From assembly GCA_963677895.2 (NCBI GenBank), contig CAXXGJ010000017.1, positions 96,001-160,000 of the forward strand: a stretch of 64,000 bases of DNA, written 5' to 3'. Shown here in pieces: positions 38,487-48,397 of this stretch. This stretch comes from Treponemataceae bacterium (GTDB lineage Bacteria > Spirochaetota > Spirochaetia > Treponematales > Rectinemataceae). Each line of letters starts with the position of its first letter. The stretch's first letter is position 1. The position numbers were made by a program, and so were the translations under genes. The notes beneath the pieces are model-generated. The model was not told the DNA's origin. It made no database searches and saw only the letters and a list, made by a program, of their open reading frames with translations.

Positions 38487-41149
38487 GAGAGCTCCTCGAC
38501 GTAATGCCGAAGTTTCGCCACTTTCGATTCGGCTTCGGCGCCCTTCGTCCTTTCCTGCGCGACGATATCGGCCGGGGCTGAAGCCACGAAGGCCGGATTG
38601 GCCAGCTTGGCCTGGACCTTGGCGGCGAAGGATGACTCCCTCTGGATATCCTTTTCAAGCTTAGCGATGAGCCTTTCCGAATCGACGACGTCCTTGACGT
38701 GGATATGGAGCTCGAATCCCTTGCCCACGAGGGCTACGGCGCCCAGCGGTTTCGGCGTGTCCGGGTCAAGGAAACGGGGCTCGGGGCCGTTGACGAGGAG
38801 GCCGATGAGGGCGGCGCCCTGTCTCATGAACTCCTGGCCGTCGAATCCGGTCTCGAGGCGGATATCGATGGGCATTTTCACTTCGGGCGGAATCTGGAAT
38901 TCGGAGCGCAGCGTGCGCCCGAGGGTGACGAGTTCGCGCAGGCTGTCGAAGCGCGCGGCCAGCTCGGGGTTGAGTCTCGAGCCGTCCCGCTTCGGCCAGG
39001 GCTGCGAAATCAGCCTTCCCTTGGCATTGGGCAGCATTCCGTAGATTTCCTCGGTGAGGAAGGGAAGGAAGGGATGAAGGAGCCTCAGGGATTCCTCGAG
39101 GACCATGAGGAGGACGGTGGTGGCCCTGTCCTTTTCGGCGTCGCCGCCGAATTTCGTGGAGAGCTTGGTGGCTTCGATGTACCAGTCGCAGAAGTCGTCC
39201 CAGAAATAGGAGTAGGCGGCCTGGGCGGCGTCGTTGAAGCGCCATGATTCGAGAGCCTGGGCGGTCTGGGAAGCCGCCTCGTCGAGACGGTGCAGGATCC
39301 ATTTGTCGGTGTCGGAGTAGGTCAGCGATTCGGGCGCGACGAACTCGCGTCCCTCCAGGTTCATGAGGATGTAGCGCGAGGCGTTCCAGACCTTGTTGGC
39401 GAATTTCGAGCCCATCTTGAAGCTGTCGCGGTCGAGGAGGATGTCCTGGCCGGCGGCGCAGTTGTAAGCGAGGGTGAACTTGAGGGCGTCGGCGCCGTAC
39501 TCGTCGACGATTTCGAGGGGATCGATGCCGTTGCCGAGGCTCTTGGACATCTTCCTGCCCTGTTTGTCACGGATGAGGCCGTGGATGAACACTTCGCTGA
39601 AGGGGGCCTTCTCGGTGAACTCCATGCCCGCCATGATCATGCGGGCCACCCAGAAGAAGATTATGTCGTAGCCGGTGACGAGGGCGCTCGTGGGGTAGAA
39701 GCGGCGCAGGTCGGCCGTGTCCTTGGGCCAGCCCAGGGTGCTGAAGGGCCATAGCCAGCTGGAGAACCAGGTGTCGAGGACGTCTTCGTCCTGCCAGATA
39801 TCGTCCGACCCGCACTGCTTGCAGTAGAGAGGATCCTCGCGCTCGACCATGACGGCGCCGCAGTGGCGGCAGTAGAAGGCGGGTATCCTGTGTCCCCACC
39901 AGAGCTGACGCGATATGCACCAGTCTCTGATGTTCTCCATCCAATGCTGGTAGGTATGCTCCCACTTTTTCGGAAAGAAGGTCACATCCCCGTCCCGCCA
40001 GGTCTTGAGCGCTTTTTCGGCGAGGGGTTTCATCCTGACGAACCACTGCTTGGAGAGATATGGCTCGATCGAGGTATGGCAGCGGTAGCAATGACCAACC
40101 GCGTGCGTGATTTTCTCCTCGGATTTGAGGAGGCCCAAAGCTTCGAGGTCCGCGAGCACCAGTTTCCTGGCCTCGGCTACCTTGAGATTGCGGTATTTTT
40201 CAGGGACTTTATTCGAGAGGGTCCCGTCGGGATTGAGGATATTGATGCGTTCGAGGCCGTGCCTATTTCCTACCTCGAAGTCGTTGGGATCGTGGGCGGG
40301 CGTTATCTTGACGAGGCCGGTACCGAAAGCTCTGTCCACGTAAGTGTCGGCGATGAGGGGGATGAGCCGGTCGGTCAGGGGGAGCTTAATCATTTTGCCG
40401 AGGAGGGCGCGATAGCGATCGTCTTCCGGATGAGCCGCGACGGCGGTATCGCCCAAGAGGGTTTCGGGCCTGGTCGTGGCTATCTCGATCCTGCCCGATG
40501 GGCATTCGGGACAGGGTCCGTCGGCCAGTTCGTACCAGATGTGCCACATGGCGCCGTTTTCGTCCTCATGCTCGACCTCATCGTCGGAAAGGGCCGTGCC
40601 GCAGCTCGTGCACCAATTGACGAGGTATTCGCCCTTGTAGAGGAGGTTGCGCTCGTACAGCGTGACGAAAACTTCCCGCACGGCTTTCGAAAGCCCTTCG
40701 TCCAGGGTGAAGCGTTCGCGCGACCAGTCGACGCTCGAGCCTATCTTGGCGAGCTGATTGTTGATGAAAGCCTTATGTTCCTTGGCTACCTTCCAGGTTT
40801 CCTCGACGAAGGCTTCGCGCCCCATGGCGCGCCTGTCCTTGCCTTCCTTGCGGAGCTTTTTCTCGACGACATTCTGCGTGGCAATGCCCGCGTGGTCAGT
40901 GCCCGGCACCCAGAGGGTCGGTCGGCCTGTCATGCGGCGGTAGCGGATCTGGATGTCCTGGAGGCTGTTGTCCAGGGCATGGCCAAGGTGGAGGACGCCG
41001 GTTACGTTGGGGGGAGGGATTACGATGGTGAAAGGCTTCTTGTTCTTGTCACCTTTGGGCAGGAAATGACCTTCGTCTTTCCACATGGCGTAAATCGAGT
41101 CTTCGAAACTCTTTGGATCGTAGGCCTTGGCCAGTTCGATCGCCTTCAT
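38483..41149 (-). CDS. valS: Valine--tRNA ligase
   Basis: PPPNVTGVLHLGH, DHAGIATQ, DWCISRQLWWGH, KMSKS and the C-terminal coiled coil. Confidence 0.97.
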   Translation of the reverse strand: MKAIELAKAYDPKSFEDSIYAMWKDEGHFLPKGDKNKKPFTIVIPPPNVTGVLHLGHALDNSLQDIQIRYRRMTGRPTLWVPGTDHAGIATQNVVEKKLRKEGKDRRAMGREAFVEETWKVAKEHKAFINNQLAKIGSSVDWSRERFTLDEGLSKAVREVFVTLYERNLLYKGEYLVNWCTSCGTALSDDEVEHEDENGAMWHIWYELADGPCPECPSGRIEIATTRPETLLGDTAVAAHPEDDRYRALLGKMIKLPLTDRLIPLIADTYVDRAFGTGLVKITPAHDPNDFEVGNRHGLERINILNPDGTLSNKVPEKYRNLKVAEARKLVLADLEALGLLKSEEKITHAVGHCYRCHTSIEPYLSKQWFVRMKPLAEKALKTWRDGDVTFFPKKWEHTYQHWMENIRDWCISRQLWWGHRIPAFYCRHCGAVMVEREDPLYCKQCGSDDIWQDEDVLDTWFSSWLWPFSTLGWPKDTADLRRFYPTSALVTGYDIIFFWVARMIMAGMEFTEKAPFSEVFIHGLIRDKQGRKMSKSLGNGIDPLEIVDEYGADALKFTLAYNCAAGQDILLDRDSFKMGSKFANKVWNASRYILMNLEGREFVAPESLTYSDTDKWILHRLDEAASQTAQALESWRFNDAAQAAYSYFWDDFCDWYIEATKLSTKFGGDAEKDRATTVLLMVLEESLRLLHPFLPFLTEEIYGMLPNAKGRLISQPWPKRDGSRLNPELAARFDSLRELVTLGRTLRSEFQIPPEVKMPIDIRLETGFDGQEFMRQGAALIGLLVNGPEPRFLDPDTPKPLGAVALVGKGFELHIHVKDVVDSERLIAKLEKDIQRESSFAAKVQAKLANPAFVASAPADIVAQERTKGAEAESKVAKLRHYVEELS

Positions 41150-41449
41150 GCATCCCCTCCGCGCTGTTGAAAAAGATAGATTCAATGAGCATAGCGAAAA
41201 AGATACTGGAATGGAAGGGGAGAGCTGATTCTGATCAACGGCTGGGCGTTGGGACGGTGGCGCGGCTGGGCGGCGGCCATGATGCCCGCGGTTGCCGCGG
41301 CCGCGATGCCCGAACCCCTCGGACGAATCCCCGCGGGCCTTCTTTTCACAAAGATGGAACTATACGATAATATTCGTAGGAAGAGTCGGCTTCCGTCGGC
41401 AGAATCCGGCCGAAGAGTCTTCCCCAACTATTCCGCGAGGTGGTTTTAC

Positions 41450-43171
41450 ATGGATAATCAGCAGCCTTGGACATGTCTCGATCCCTTCAGGGGAAGGCTT
41501 TTTTCGGGGGAGTGGCCTACCCTGCCCGAACTCTTCGGCATTTCCGTCGAGCGTTTCCCTGACCGTCCCTGCTTTACGGTGTATTCTCCGGACAGAATCA
41601 GCCTCACGTATAGGGAAGCCCACGCGAAAATACGGAGCGTGGCGGCTTACCTGCTATCCATAGGCATTGAGAAGGACGCGAAGGTCGCCTTGACCGGCAA
41701 GAACTCCCCCGAGTGGGCGATCGCCTACCTGGCCATCCTCGAGGCGGGAGCTATCGTCGTCCCCATCGATTACCAGCTGAGTCTTCCGGAAACGACGAAT
41801 CTGATCGCCGCGTCGGACGCGAAAATTCTTTTCGTCGACGAGGAAAAACTGGCCGAGCTCAAGTCCGCCTGCCCTCAGCTCTCGAAAATCCTGGCGCTCT
41901 ACGAAGGCGGAGAGAATTACCTCTATAACCTGGCCTCCCCTTCCGGCGGCAGCCAGGCCCAGGCGCACAAAACCGCCCAGGACGATCTCGCCGCCATCCT
42001 GTACACCTCGGGCACGACGGGAAAACCCAAAGGCGTCATGCTGACGCACAAAAACCTGGTATCGGACTGCATGCTCGCCCAAGCCAATCTCCATATTTAT
42101 CACAGCGACGTCTTCTACGCCCTCCTGCCCATCCACCACTCCTACACGATGCTCTCCGTCTTCATCGAATCTTTTTCCGTGGGAGCCGAAACGGTGTTCG
42201 GGAAACGCATGGTCGTCAAACAGATCCTCAAGGACCTGAAGGATGCCCACGTGACCATGTTCCTCGGCGTGCCCCTCCTTTTCAACAAATTGCTGAACGG
42301 CATCCTGAAAGGCGTCAAGGAAAAAGGTCCCTTCGTTTTCGGCTTGATATCGGCCTTGATGGGGATTTCGGGCGCGACCAAGAAGCTGTTCAAGGTCAAT
42401 CCGGGGAAAAAACTCTTCAATTCCGTGCTGGAAAAGGCGAGTCTTTCCACCATCAGAATCTGCATTTCGGGCGGAGGGCCGCTCGCTCCTTCGGTTTTCA
42501 GGAAATACAACGAACTGGGCATAGATTTCGTGCAGGGCTACGGTCTCACCGAGACTTCGCCCATCCTCACCCTCAATCCCATCGAGCATTATAAGGAAAC
42601 CTCGGTCGGAAAGGTGATTCCCCAGACCGAAATGAAGATCCTGGACCCGAACGAAGATGGGATTGGAGAGATCGTGGTAAAGGGTCCCATGGTCATGAAA
42701 GGGTATTACAAGATGCCCGATGAGACCAGGGAAGTGTTCACCGACGATGGCTGGTTCAAGACGGGAGATTTGGGGTATCTGGACGAGGAAAATTACCTGT
42801 ATCTCACGGGGAGAGCCAAGAACATGATCGTCACGGCAGGCGGCAAGAATGTGTATCCGGAAGAAATCGAAAACCGCTTCCAGCTTTACGAGGAAATCGA
42901 CCAGATTCTCGTGAAGGGATATGTCGACAAGGATGAAGAGGCTTCGGAACTTATAGAAGCGCTCATCTACCCCGATCAGGACTGGCTGAAGAAGCTTCCC
43001 GGCGAGCAGGAAGCGACGCTCCGGGCGGCCGAAACGAGGATGAAAGAGATTGTCGAAGAGGTGAACCAGAAGCTGCTTCCCTACCAGAAAATAAGCAAGG
43101 TCGCCATGCTCCGCGAGCCTCTCGAGATGACCACGACGAAAAAAGTGAAGCGTTTCAGCACGAACGCATAG
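41450..43171 (+). CDS. Long-chain acyl-CoA synthetase (AMP-binding)
   Basis: YTSGTTGKPKGVMLTH, QGYGLTETSP, GWFKTGDLG and GKNVYPEEIE; GAGG RBS. Confidence 0.9.
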   Translation: MDNQQPWTCLDPFRGRLFSGEWPTLPELFGISVERFPDRPCFTVYSPDRISLTYREAHAKIRSVAAYLLSIGIEKDAKVALTGKNSPEWAIAYLAILEAGAIVVPIDYQLSLPETTNLIAASDAKILFVDEEKLAELKSACPQLSKILALYEGGENYLYNLASPSGGSQAQAHKTAQDDLAAILYTSGTTGKPKGVMLTHKNLVSDCMLAQANLHIYHSDVFYALLPIHHSYTMLSVFIESFSVGAETVFGKRMVVKQILKDLKDAHVTMFLGVPLLFNKLLNGILKGVKEKGPFVFGLISALMGISGATKKLFKVNPGKKLFNSVLEKASLSTIRICISGGGPLAPSVFRKYNELGIDFVQGYGLTETSPILTLNPIEHYKETSVGKVIPQTEMKILDPNEDGIGEIVVKGPMVMKGYYKMPDETREVFTDDGWFKTGDLGYLDEENYLYLTGRAKNMIVTAGGKNVYPEEIENRFQLYEEIDQILVKGYVDKDEEASELIEALIYPDQDWLKKLPGEQEATLRAAETRMKEIVEEVNQKLLPYQKISKVAMLREPLEMTTTKKVKRFSTNA

Positions 43172-43173
43172 CC

Positions 43174-44577
43174 ATGGAAGCCAGGTTTTCCATCTTCGGC
43201 GCCGAAGCCGAACCTCTCTCTCTTTTGGCCTGCGCGGTGCGGAAGAATGGGATCAGGGTCTGCGTCATCGGCGGCGGAGGCACAGGTATCGCTCTGGCCT
43301 ATGATCTGGCGCAGCGCGGTTTTTCGGTAACGCTCCTCGAAAAGGGGGAGCTCACGTCGGGCACGACGGGACGCCACCATGGCCAGCTCCACTGTGGAGC
43401 CCGCTATGCCTGGGCCGACAGGAATATCGCTAGGGAATGTTATGCCGAGAGTCTCGTTCTCGCGAGGATAGCGGGAGAATGCGTCGAATACAACGGCGGC
43501 TTTTTCGTCGCCCTGACGGAAGAGGAAAAAGCGCTCGAGGCGACGTTCATCGAGCGCTGTCTGGAAGCCGGAATTTCGGCCAGGTCTTTCGACATAGGGC
43601 GTCTGGCGCGCATGGAACCCAGGCTTTCGGGGGCGGTGAAGGCCGCCGTGGCCGTGCCGGACGGCAGTTTCGACGCGTTCAGGCTGCCTTTAATGTTCGC
43701 GGCTGCGGCGAAAAGGCTGGGGGTGGTTTTCCTGCCCTGGCATGAGGTCGCCGGCTTCGATTTTTCGGGAGGAAGGCTTCGCGCCCTGCTGGCGCGGAAC
43801 CTGGGCACGGGCTCGCGTGCCGCGGAGCTGGCAGGCGGGGGCCGACAGGACGGAACCGGGCAGGCGCAGGAGCCGGGGCAGGGACCTGGGCGCGACATCA
43901 AGATAGAGTGCGATTTCGCGGTGAGCGCGACGGGCGCATGGGCTGGGCAGGTCGGCGGGCTGGCGGGGATTTCCATTCCAATAGTGCCCGCGCCCGGCGC
44001 GATGCTGGCCGTGAAAGGCAGGCTCGTCGATCATGTCATCAGCCGATTGAGGCCGCCCGGCGACGGCGACATATTCCTTCCCCAGCGGGGACTATCCATA
44101 ATCGGTACCACCCAGCGCGTGGTCGATTCCCCTGAAGGGATCCTGCCCGGAGAGGAGGAGATCGACTTCCTCCGCGCCGCGGCGGCCGAAATGATAACCG
44201 ATTTCGCGAAAATGCCTTTTCACGCGGCATGGGCGGCCGCCAGGCCGCTCGCGGGACTGGCTGCAAAACCGCTCGCAGGGCCAGCGGCTGGTTCTACGGC
44301 GGGACCGGCGGCTGGTCCCTCGAACCCCGCGGCTGAAAATGGGTCGGAACCGGAAAGCAGGGAACTCAGCCGCGACTCCGTGGTTCTCGACCATGGCAAG
44401 GATGATGGCCTCGAGGGTTTCCTTAGCGTCATCGGCGGTAAAGCCACCGTGCTCCGCGCCATGGCCGAAAAGACCGCCGATCTCATCTGCGAAAAATCCG
44501 GACTCGTCGCCGAATGCCGGACAAGCCGTTTCAGGCTGCCCTCATGGCGGTCGTACTACCGCGGAGCCGGACGATGA
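43174..44577 (+). CDS. glpA: FAD-dependent glycerol-3-phosphate dehydrogenase subunit A-like oxidoreductase
   Basis: VIGGGGTG, SGTTGRHHGQLHCGARY, ATGAW, GDGDI, IGTT and GGKAT..RAMAE; no C-terminal BFD Fe-S domain. Confidence 0.75.
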   Translation: MEARFSIFGAEAEPLSLLACAVRKNGIRVCVIGGGGTGIALAYDLAQRGFSVTLLEKGELTSGTTGRHHGQLHCGARYAWADRNIARECYAESLVLARIAGECVEYNGGFFVALTEEEKALEATFIERCLEAGISARSFDIGRLARMEPRLSGAVKAAVAVPDGSFDAFRLPLMFAAAAKRLGVVFLPWHEVAGFDFSGGRLRALLARNLGTGSRAAELAGGGRQDGTGQAQEPGQGPGRDIKIECDFAVSATGAWAGQVGGLAGISIPIVPAPGAMLAVKGRLVDHVISRLRPPGDGDIFLPQRGLSIIGTTQRVVDSPEGILPGEEEIDFLRAAAAEMITDFAKMPFHAAWAAARPLAGLAAKPLAGPAAGSTAGPAAGPSNPAAENGSEPESRELSRDSVVLDHGKDDGLEGFLSVIGGKATVLRAMAEKTADLICEKSGLVAECRTSRFRLPSWRSYYRGAGR

Positions 44578-45197
44578 AAATCGATATCGTGCTGAAAAAC
44601 GCAAAAGGCGAATCCATTTATTCCCTCGATATCGAAGCTTCCTCGACGGTGCTCGATCTTCTGGAAACGCTACGCAAAGACAAGGCGCCCGGGCTTTTAT
44701 ACCGACATTCCTGCCATCACGGTTCATGCGGAACCTGCGGCGCCATGATAAACGGCAAACCCCGCCTGATGTGCCTGACAAGGTTGGGCGATCTACGGAC
44801 AAGCAGCCTGCTTATCGAGCCTCTCGCGAAAATGACGGAGATCGAGGGGATCGCGGTCTGGCCGGGACCGCTGTTCGAGAATCTTCCCGACACCGATTAT
44901 CTCAAGGCGACGGAAAACCATGGCGAAGACGACAGCCGCCAGCTTGAAGACTGCATCGAATGCGGGATCTGCGTCGCAGGCTGTCCCGTGGCGAAGGCAT
45001 TCGTGGGGCCGGCGGCCCTCGCGGCGGCCGCTGTCGAAATGAAGAAACACCCCGATCGGGCGGCCGAAATGGACGCGTTGGTCGATAGAGCGGACGGAAC
45101 ATCGGCCTGCGAAAGGGCTTTCGAGTGCAGCAGGCTCTGCCCCCAAGGCGTCGCGCCGGGGCGAAAAATCACCGAGCTTATAAAGAGGGCCAGATAA
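44574..45197 (+). CDS. SdhB/FrdB-type iron-sulfur protein
   Basis: SCHHGSCGTC...C (2Fe-2S), IEPL, CIECGICVAGCP and CERAFECSRLCP; ATGA overlap with the glpA-like gene. Confidence 0.85.
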   Translation: MKIDIVLKNAKGESIYSLDIEASSTVLDLLETLRKDKAPGLLYRHSCHHGSCGTCGAMINGKPRLMCLTRLGDLRTSSLLIEPLAKMTEIEGIAVWPGPLFENLPDTDYLKATENHGEDDSRQLEDCIECGICVAGCPVAKAFVGPAALAAAAVEMKKHPDRAAEMDALVDRADGTSACERAFECSRLCPQGVAPGRKITELIKRAR

Positions 45198-45199
45198 CC

Positions 45200-46297
45200 A
45201 TGCTGGAATTCATCTGCTCCAGCTGCGGCCACAGGGAATCCGCCGCCACAAGGATGCCTGCCTGTTCCTGCGGCGGTCTATGGGATCTGGACTTCAAGCC
45301 TCTCCGATTCGAAAGGAAGCTTATCGACAAGGAAACGTGGGGACTGTTCCGCTATAGGGCTTTTCTTCCTCTGGAGGGAGAGATTTGGAGGGATGTCACT
45401 TTGGGTGAAGGTATGACTCCCATCGTGCGCCTGGACAGTTCCGTCCTCCTCAAGATGGACTATTTCATGCCCACCCTTTCCTTCAAGGATCGGGGAGCGG
45501 CGGTATTGATCTCGCAATGCAAGACTATCGGGGTGGAATCTGTAGTGCAGGACTCGAGCGGAAACGCGGGCAACAGCATAGCGGCCTACTGCGGCAAGGC
45601 GGGAATCGACTGCGAGATATTCGTCCCGGAAGGCACTTCGCCCGGGAAAATAGCCATGATACGCGCTCACGGAGCCCTCGTGAATGTGGTGCCCGGCAGC
45701 AGGGACCACTGCGCCGCCGTCTGCCGCGAGAAGGTGAAAAAAGAAGGGAAATACTACGCGAACCACGTCTACAATCCATTTTTTTACGAAGGAACGAAAA
45801 CCTATATCTACGAAGTGTTCGAACAGCTCGGTCGAATTCCCGAAAACCTGTTCATTCCCCTTGGAAACGGGACTCTCTTTCTTGGAGCGATGAAGGCTCT
45901 GGAGGAACTCCTGGCCAGCGAGGCCATTCCGAAGATCCCCCATGTGCTTGCCGTTCAGAGCGAGCGATGCGATCCCATTTTCAGGGCCTGGCGGGAAGGT
46001 CTTCGGGAACCCGCGATCCTCTCTCCTACCCCCACGCTGGCCGAAGGAATCGCGATCGGCGTGCCGATGCGGGGGCGGAAAATACTCGACCTCGCCTACA
46101 GATACGGCGCGGAAATCATCACCGCTCCCGAGGAAGGGATTCTGGAAGCGAGAAATCTACTGGCGCGCGCGGGGATCTACTGCGAGCACACAACGGCGGC
46201 TACCTATGCCGCATATCTCGCGTATTGCGGAGAAAACGGCCCTACCCCCGACAGCTTGATTCCCATGTGCGGAGCCGGACTGAAATCGGATCATTGA
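45200..46297 (+). CDS. Threonine synthase-like fold-type II PLP enzyme
   Basis: N-terminal CSSCG zinc ribbon, TLGEGMTP, PTLSFKDRG and DSSGNAG. Confidence 0.8.
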   Translation: MLEFICSSCGHRESAATRMPACSCGGLWDLDFKPLRFERKLIDKETWGLFRYRAFLPLEGEIWRDVTLGEGMTPIVRLDSSVLLKMDYFMPTLSFKDRGAAVLISQCKTIGVESVVQDSSGNAGNSIAAYCGKAGIDCEIFVPEGTSPGKIAMIRAHGALVNVVPGSRDHCAAVCREKVKKEGKYYANHVYNPFFYEGTKTYIYEVFEQLGRIPENLFIPLGNGTLFLGAMKALEELLASEAIPKIPHVLAVQSERCDPIFRAWREGLREPAILSPTPTLAEGIAIGVPMRGRKILDLAYRYGAEIITAPEEGILEARNLLARAGIYCEHTTAATYAAYLAYCGENGPTPDSLIPMCGAGLKSDH

Positions 46298-46340
46298 CCG
46301 GAACCGAAAAAAGCGAAGTGTCAGGGGTAAGCAAAAATAT

Positions 46341-47600
46341 CTATTCTTTTTTCAACACCGTGACGCAGTTGGTCGCCGCGCTTCCTCCCACGTTGAACGC
46401 CACCGCTATTCCGGGCTGGCCTTTCGCCGGCGCGGCGCCGATCGGTTCGCCCACGAGCTGTTTGTACAGCAGCGCGTGCATGGATACTCCGGTGGCCCCC
46501 ACGGGATGCCCTTTGGCCTTGAGCCCTCCCGAAAGGTTGACGCAGCACTTCTGATCTTCCCTGCCGAAGCGGCCGTCCATATAGTCGAAGCCGGCGCGTC
46601 CGTCCGCGGAAAGTCCCAGGGCTTCGGTGCTGAGCACCTGGTTGATCGTGAAGCAGTCGTGGACCTCGGCGATGTCCACGTCCACGCTTCGGATGCCCGC
46701 TTCGGCGTAAGCCCTGCGCGCCGCTTCCTTGCCCGCGACCAGTTCGTGCATATTGCCGCGCATGGAGATGGGCATGTATTCGTTGGTGTGGCCGATGCCG
46801 GCGATTTTTACCCGCTTTCCGCCTCTCGCCGCGGCGTCTTCCGTTCTCATGATCACGAGGGCCGCAGCCCCGTCGGTGACAAGCGAACAGTCATGGAGGC
46901 GCAGAGGTTCCGCGATGAGTGGATTCTTCTCCGGAGGGAGGTTCAGGATGGCTTCGGTCGTCGTTAGCCCAAGACGATCGGAGGGGCCGCCCTTGCCGAA
47001 ATGCGCGAGCGGATTGTCGAGGCCATTCCGGTAACAGAGCGCCGAAACGGAAGCGAGCATCTTCGCCAGCGTCTGGGAGGAATAGCCGTAATGAGCCATG
47101 TAGCCCTTGGCGTATTCGGCGAAGAGACCGGGGAAGGTCATTCCCATGGCTCCTTCTTCCGGCCAATAGGAACAGGTCGCCAGGGCGTGGGTGACGTCCT
47201 TCGTGCCCAGGAGGTTCATCTTTTCGACGCCGAGGACGAGAGCGATCCGCGCCCTTCCCGCTTCCACAGCGTAGATCGCGTCATAGAGAGCCACCGAGCC
47301 CGAGGCGCAAGCGTCCTCGCAGCGCGTCATGGACTTGAAGCGCAGGCCCTCCGGGTCTATCGCGAGAGCCGCGGCGGCCAGGTGTTCCTGGTTCGCGAAA
47401 AGCCCGGGCGCGCAGCTGCCTACCCAGACCGCGTCCACATCGGCGGCGCTTATGCCGGCGTCGGCTAACGCTCCCCTGCCGGCTTCCGTCATCAATTCGT
47501 AGATGCTCTTGAGGTCGGTGACGACGCCCGTTTCCTTGTCTTTCTTCACCAGATTGCCGAACGCCGTATTATAAGCCCCGATGATGCTAACTTTTGACAT
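46341..47600 (-). CDS. Thiolase-family acyltransferase (SCP2/HDCF type)
   Basis: EDACASG (Cys), GVEKM, DCSLVTDGAAA, EVHDCFT and KGHPVGATG. Confidence 0.9.
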   Translation of the reverse strand: MSKVSIIGAYNTAFGNLVKKDKETGVVTDLKSIYELMTEAGRGALADAGISAADVDAVWVGSCAPGLFANQEHLAAAALAIDPEGLRFKSMTRCEDACASGSVALYDAIYAVEAGRARIALVLGVEKMNLLGTKDVTHALATCSYWPEEGAMGMTFPGLFAEYAKGYMAHYGYSSQTLAKMLASVSALCYRNGLDNPLAHFGKGGPSDRLGLTTTEAILNLPPEKNPLIAEPLRLHDCSLVTDGAAALVIMRTEDAAARGGKRVKIAGIGHTNEYMPISMRGNMHELVAGKEAARRAYAEAGIRSVDVDIAEVHDCFTINQVLSTEALGLSADGRAGFDYMDGRFGREDQKCCVNLSGGLKAKGHPVGATGVSMHALLYKQLVGEPIGAAPAKGQPGIAVAFNVGGSAATNCVTVLKKE

Positions 47601-47617
47601 TGCCTCTTCCTCCTTAT

Positions 47618-48397
47618 CTATCGCTTCCCGATTCTTTCCGTGAATAAAGCCAAAATATCCAGGAATTTACCCGGATTTTCCGCGATGACCGAATGCCCGA
47701 CATCCTCGACAATCACAAGCTCGGCGTCAGGATAGGCCTGGGCAGTGTCCTTTGCCATCGTTTCCGTTATTATGAAATCCTCCCTTCCCCATATCACGAG
47801 GACTGGTTCCCTGAAACCGGAAGTCTCGGCCGATACGTCGAAACGCGACAAGGCCTCGGCGTTGCCAATCCAGGCTTTTTCCGCCATGCGCGCGGCATCG
47901 TCGACGAGGGAATCGAAAAAAAGCGGATCCCGCAGCGTCGGCACAGTGGCCGCGAGTGCCTTGGAGAGGATGTTCCTGTCCTTTCGCATCATTTCGACGA
48001 AGGGGTAGCGCTCCCGAGGCGTCAGGAGGCCTTTGGGCGAGGAAGAATCCACGAGGACGAGGGCTTTGACGATCCCCGGATGCCGCAGGGCCAGAGATTG
48101 CGCCACGGCGCCGCCGAGCGAGTGGCCGACAACGATAGGCGATTTCAAGCCTAGCGCTTCGATAAATTCCTGGACGCAGTCGGCGTAAGCATGGAGGTCG
48201 ACATCCCCTGATAGCGCCGAGGAGCGGCCGAAATTCGGCAGGTCCAGCGCGAAGGTCTGGAAACCGGGAATCTCCATGACTTTCGAAAACCAGAGGCTGG
48301 AGCCTGTATTGCCGTGGATATACACGAGAGGTTGGCCGCTGCCGGTCGTGGCGTAGTAAAGATGCATGCCGCCGATAAGAAGCAAGGCGCTCGTCAT
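47618..48397 (-). CDS. Alpha/beta hydrolase (esterase)
   Basis: HGNTGSS oxyanion region, DLPNFGRS, GHSLGG nucleophile, GRED and VGHS. Confidence 0.88.
   Translation of the reverse strand: MTSALLLIGGMHLYYATTGSGQPLVYIHGNTGSSLWFSKVMEIPGFQTFALDLPNFGRSSALSGDVDLHAYADCVQEFIEALGLKSPIVVGHSLGGAVAQSLALRHPGIVKALVLVDSSSPKGLLTPRERYPFVEMMRKDRNILSKALAATVPTLRDPLFFDSLVDDAARMAEKAWIGNAEALSRFDVSAETSGFREPVLVIWGREDFIITETMAKDTAQAYPDAELVIVEDVGHSVIAENPGKFLDILALFTERIGKR

Noticed and set aside
41150..41449. T-box leader for valS or an ncRNA in the GC-rich intergenic region
   Set aside because: I could not recognise a T-box consensus or terminator/antiterminator pair; a covariance-model search would be needed to exclude an ncRNA.
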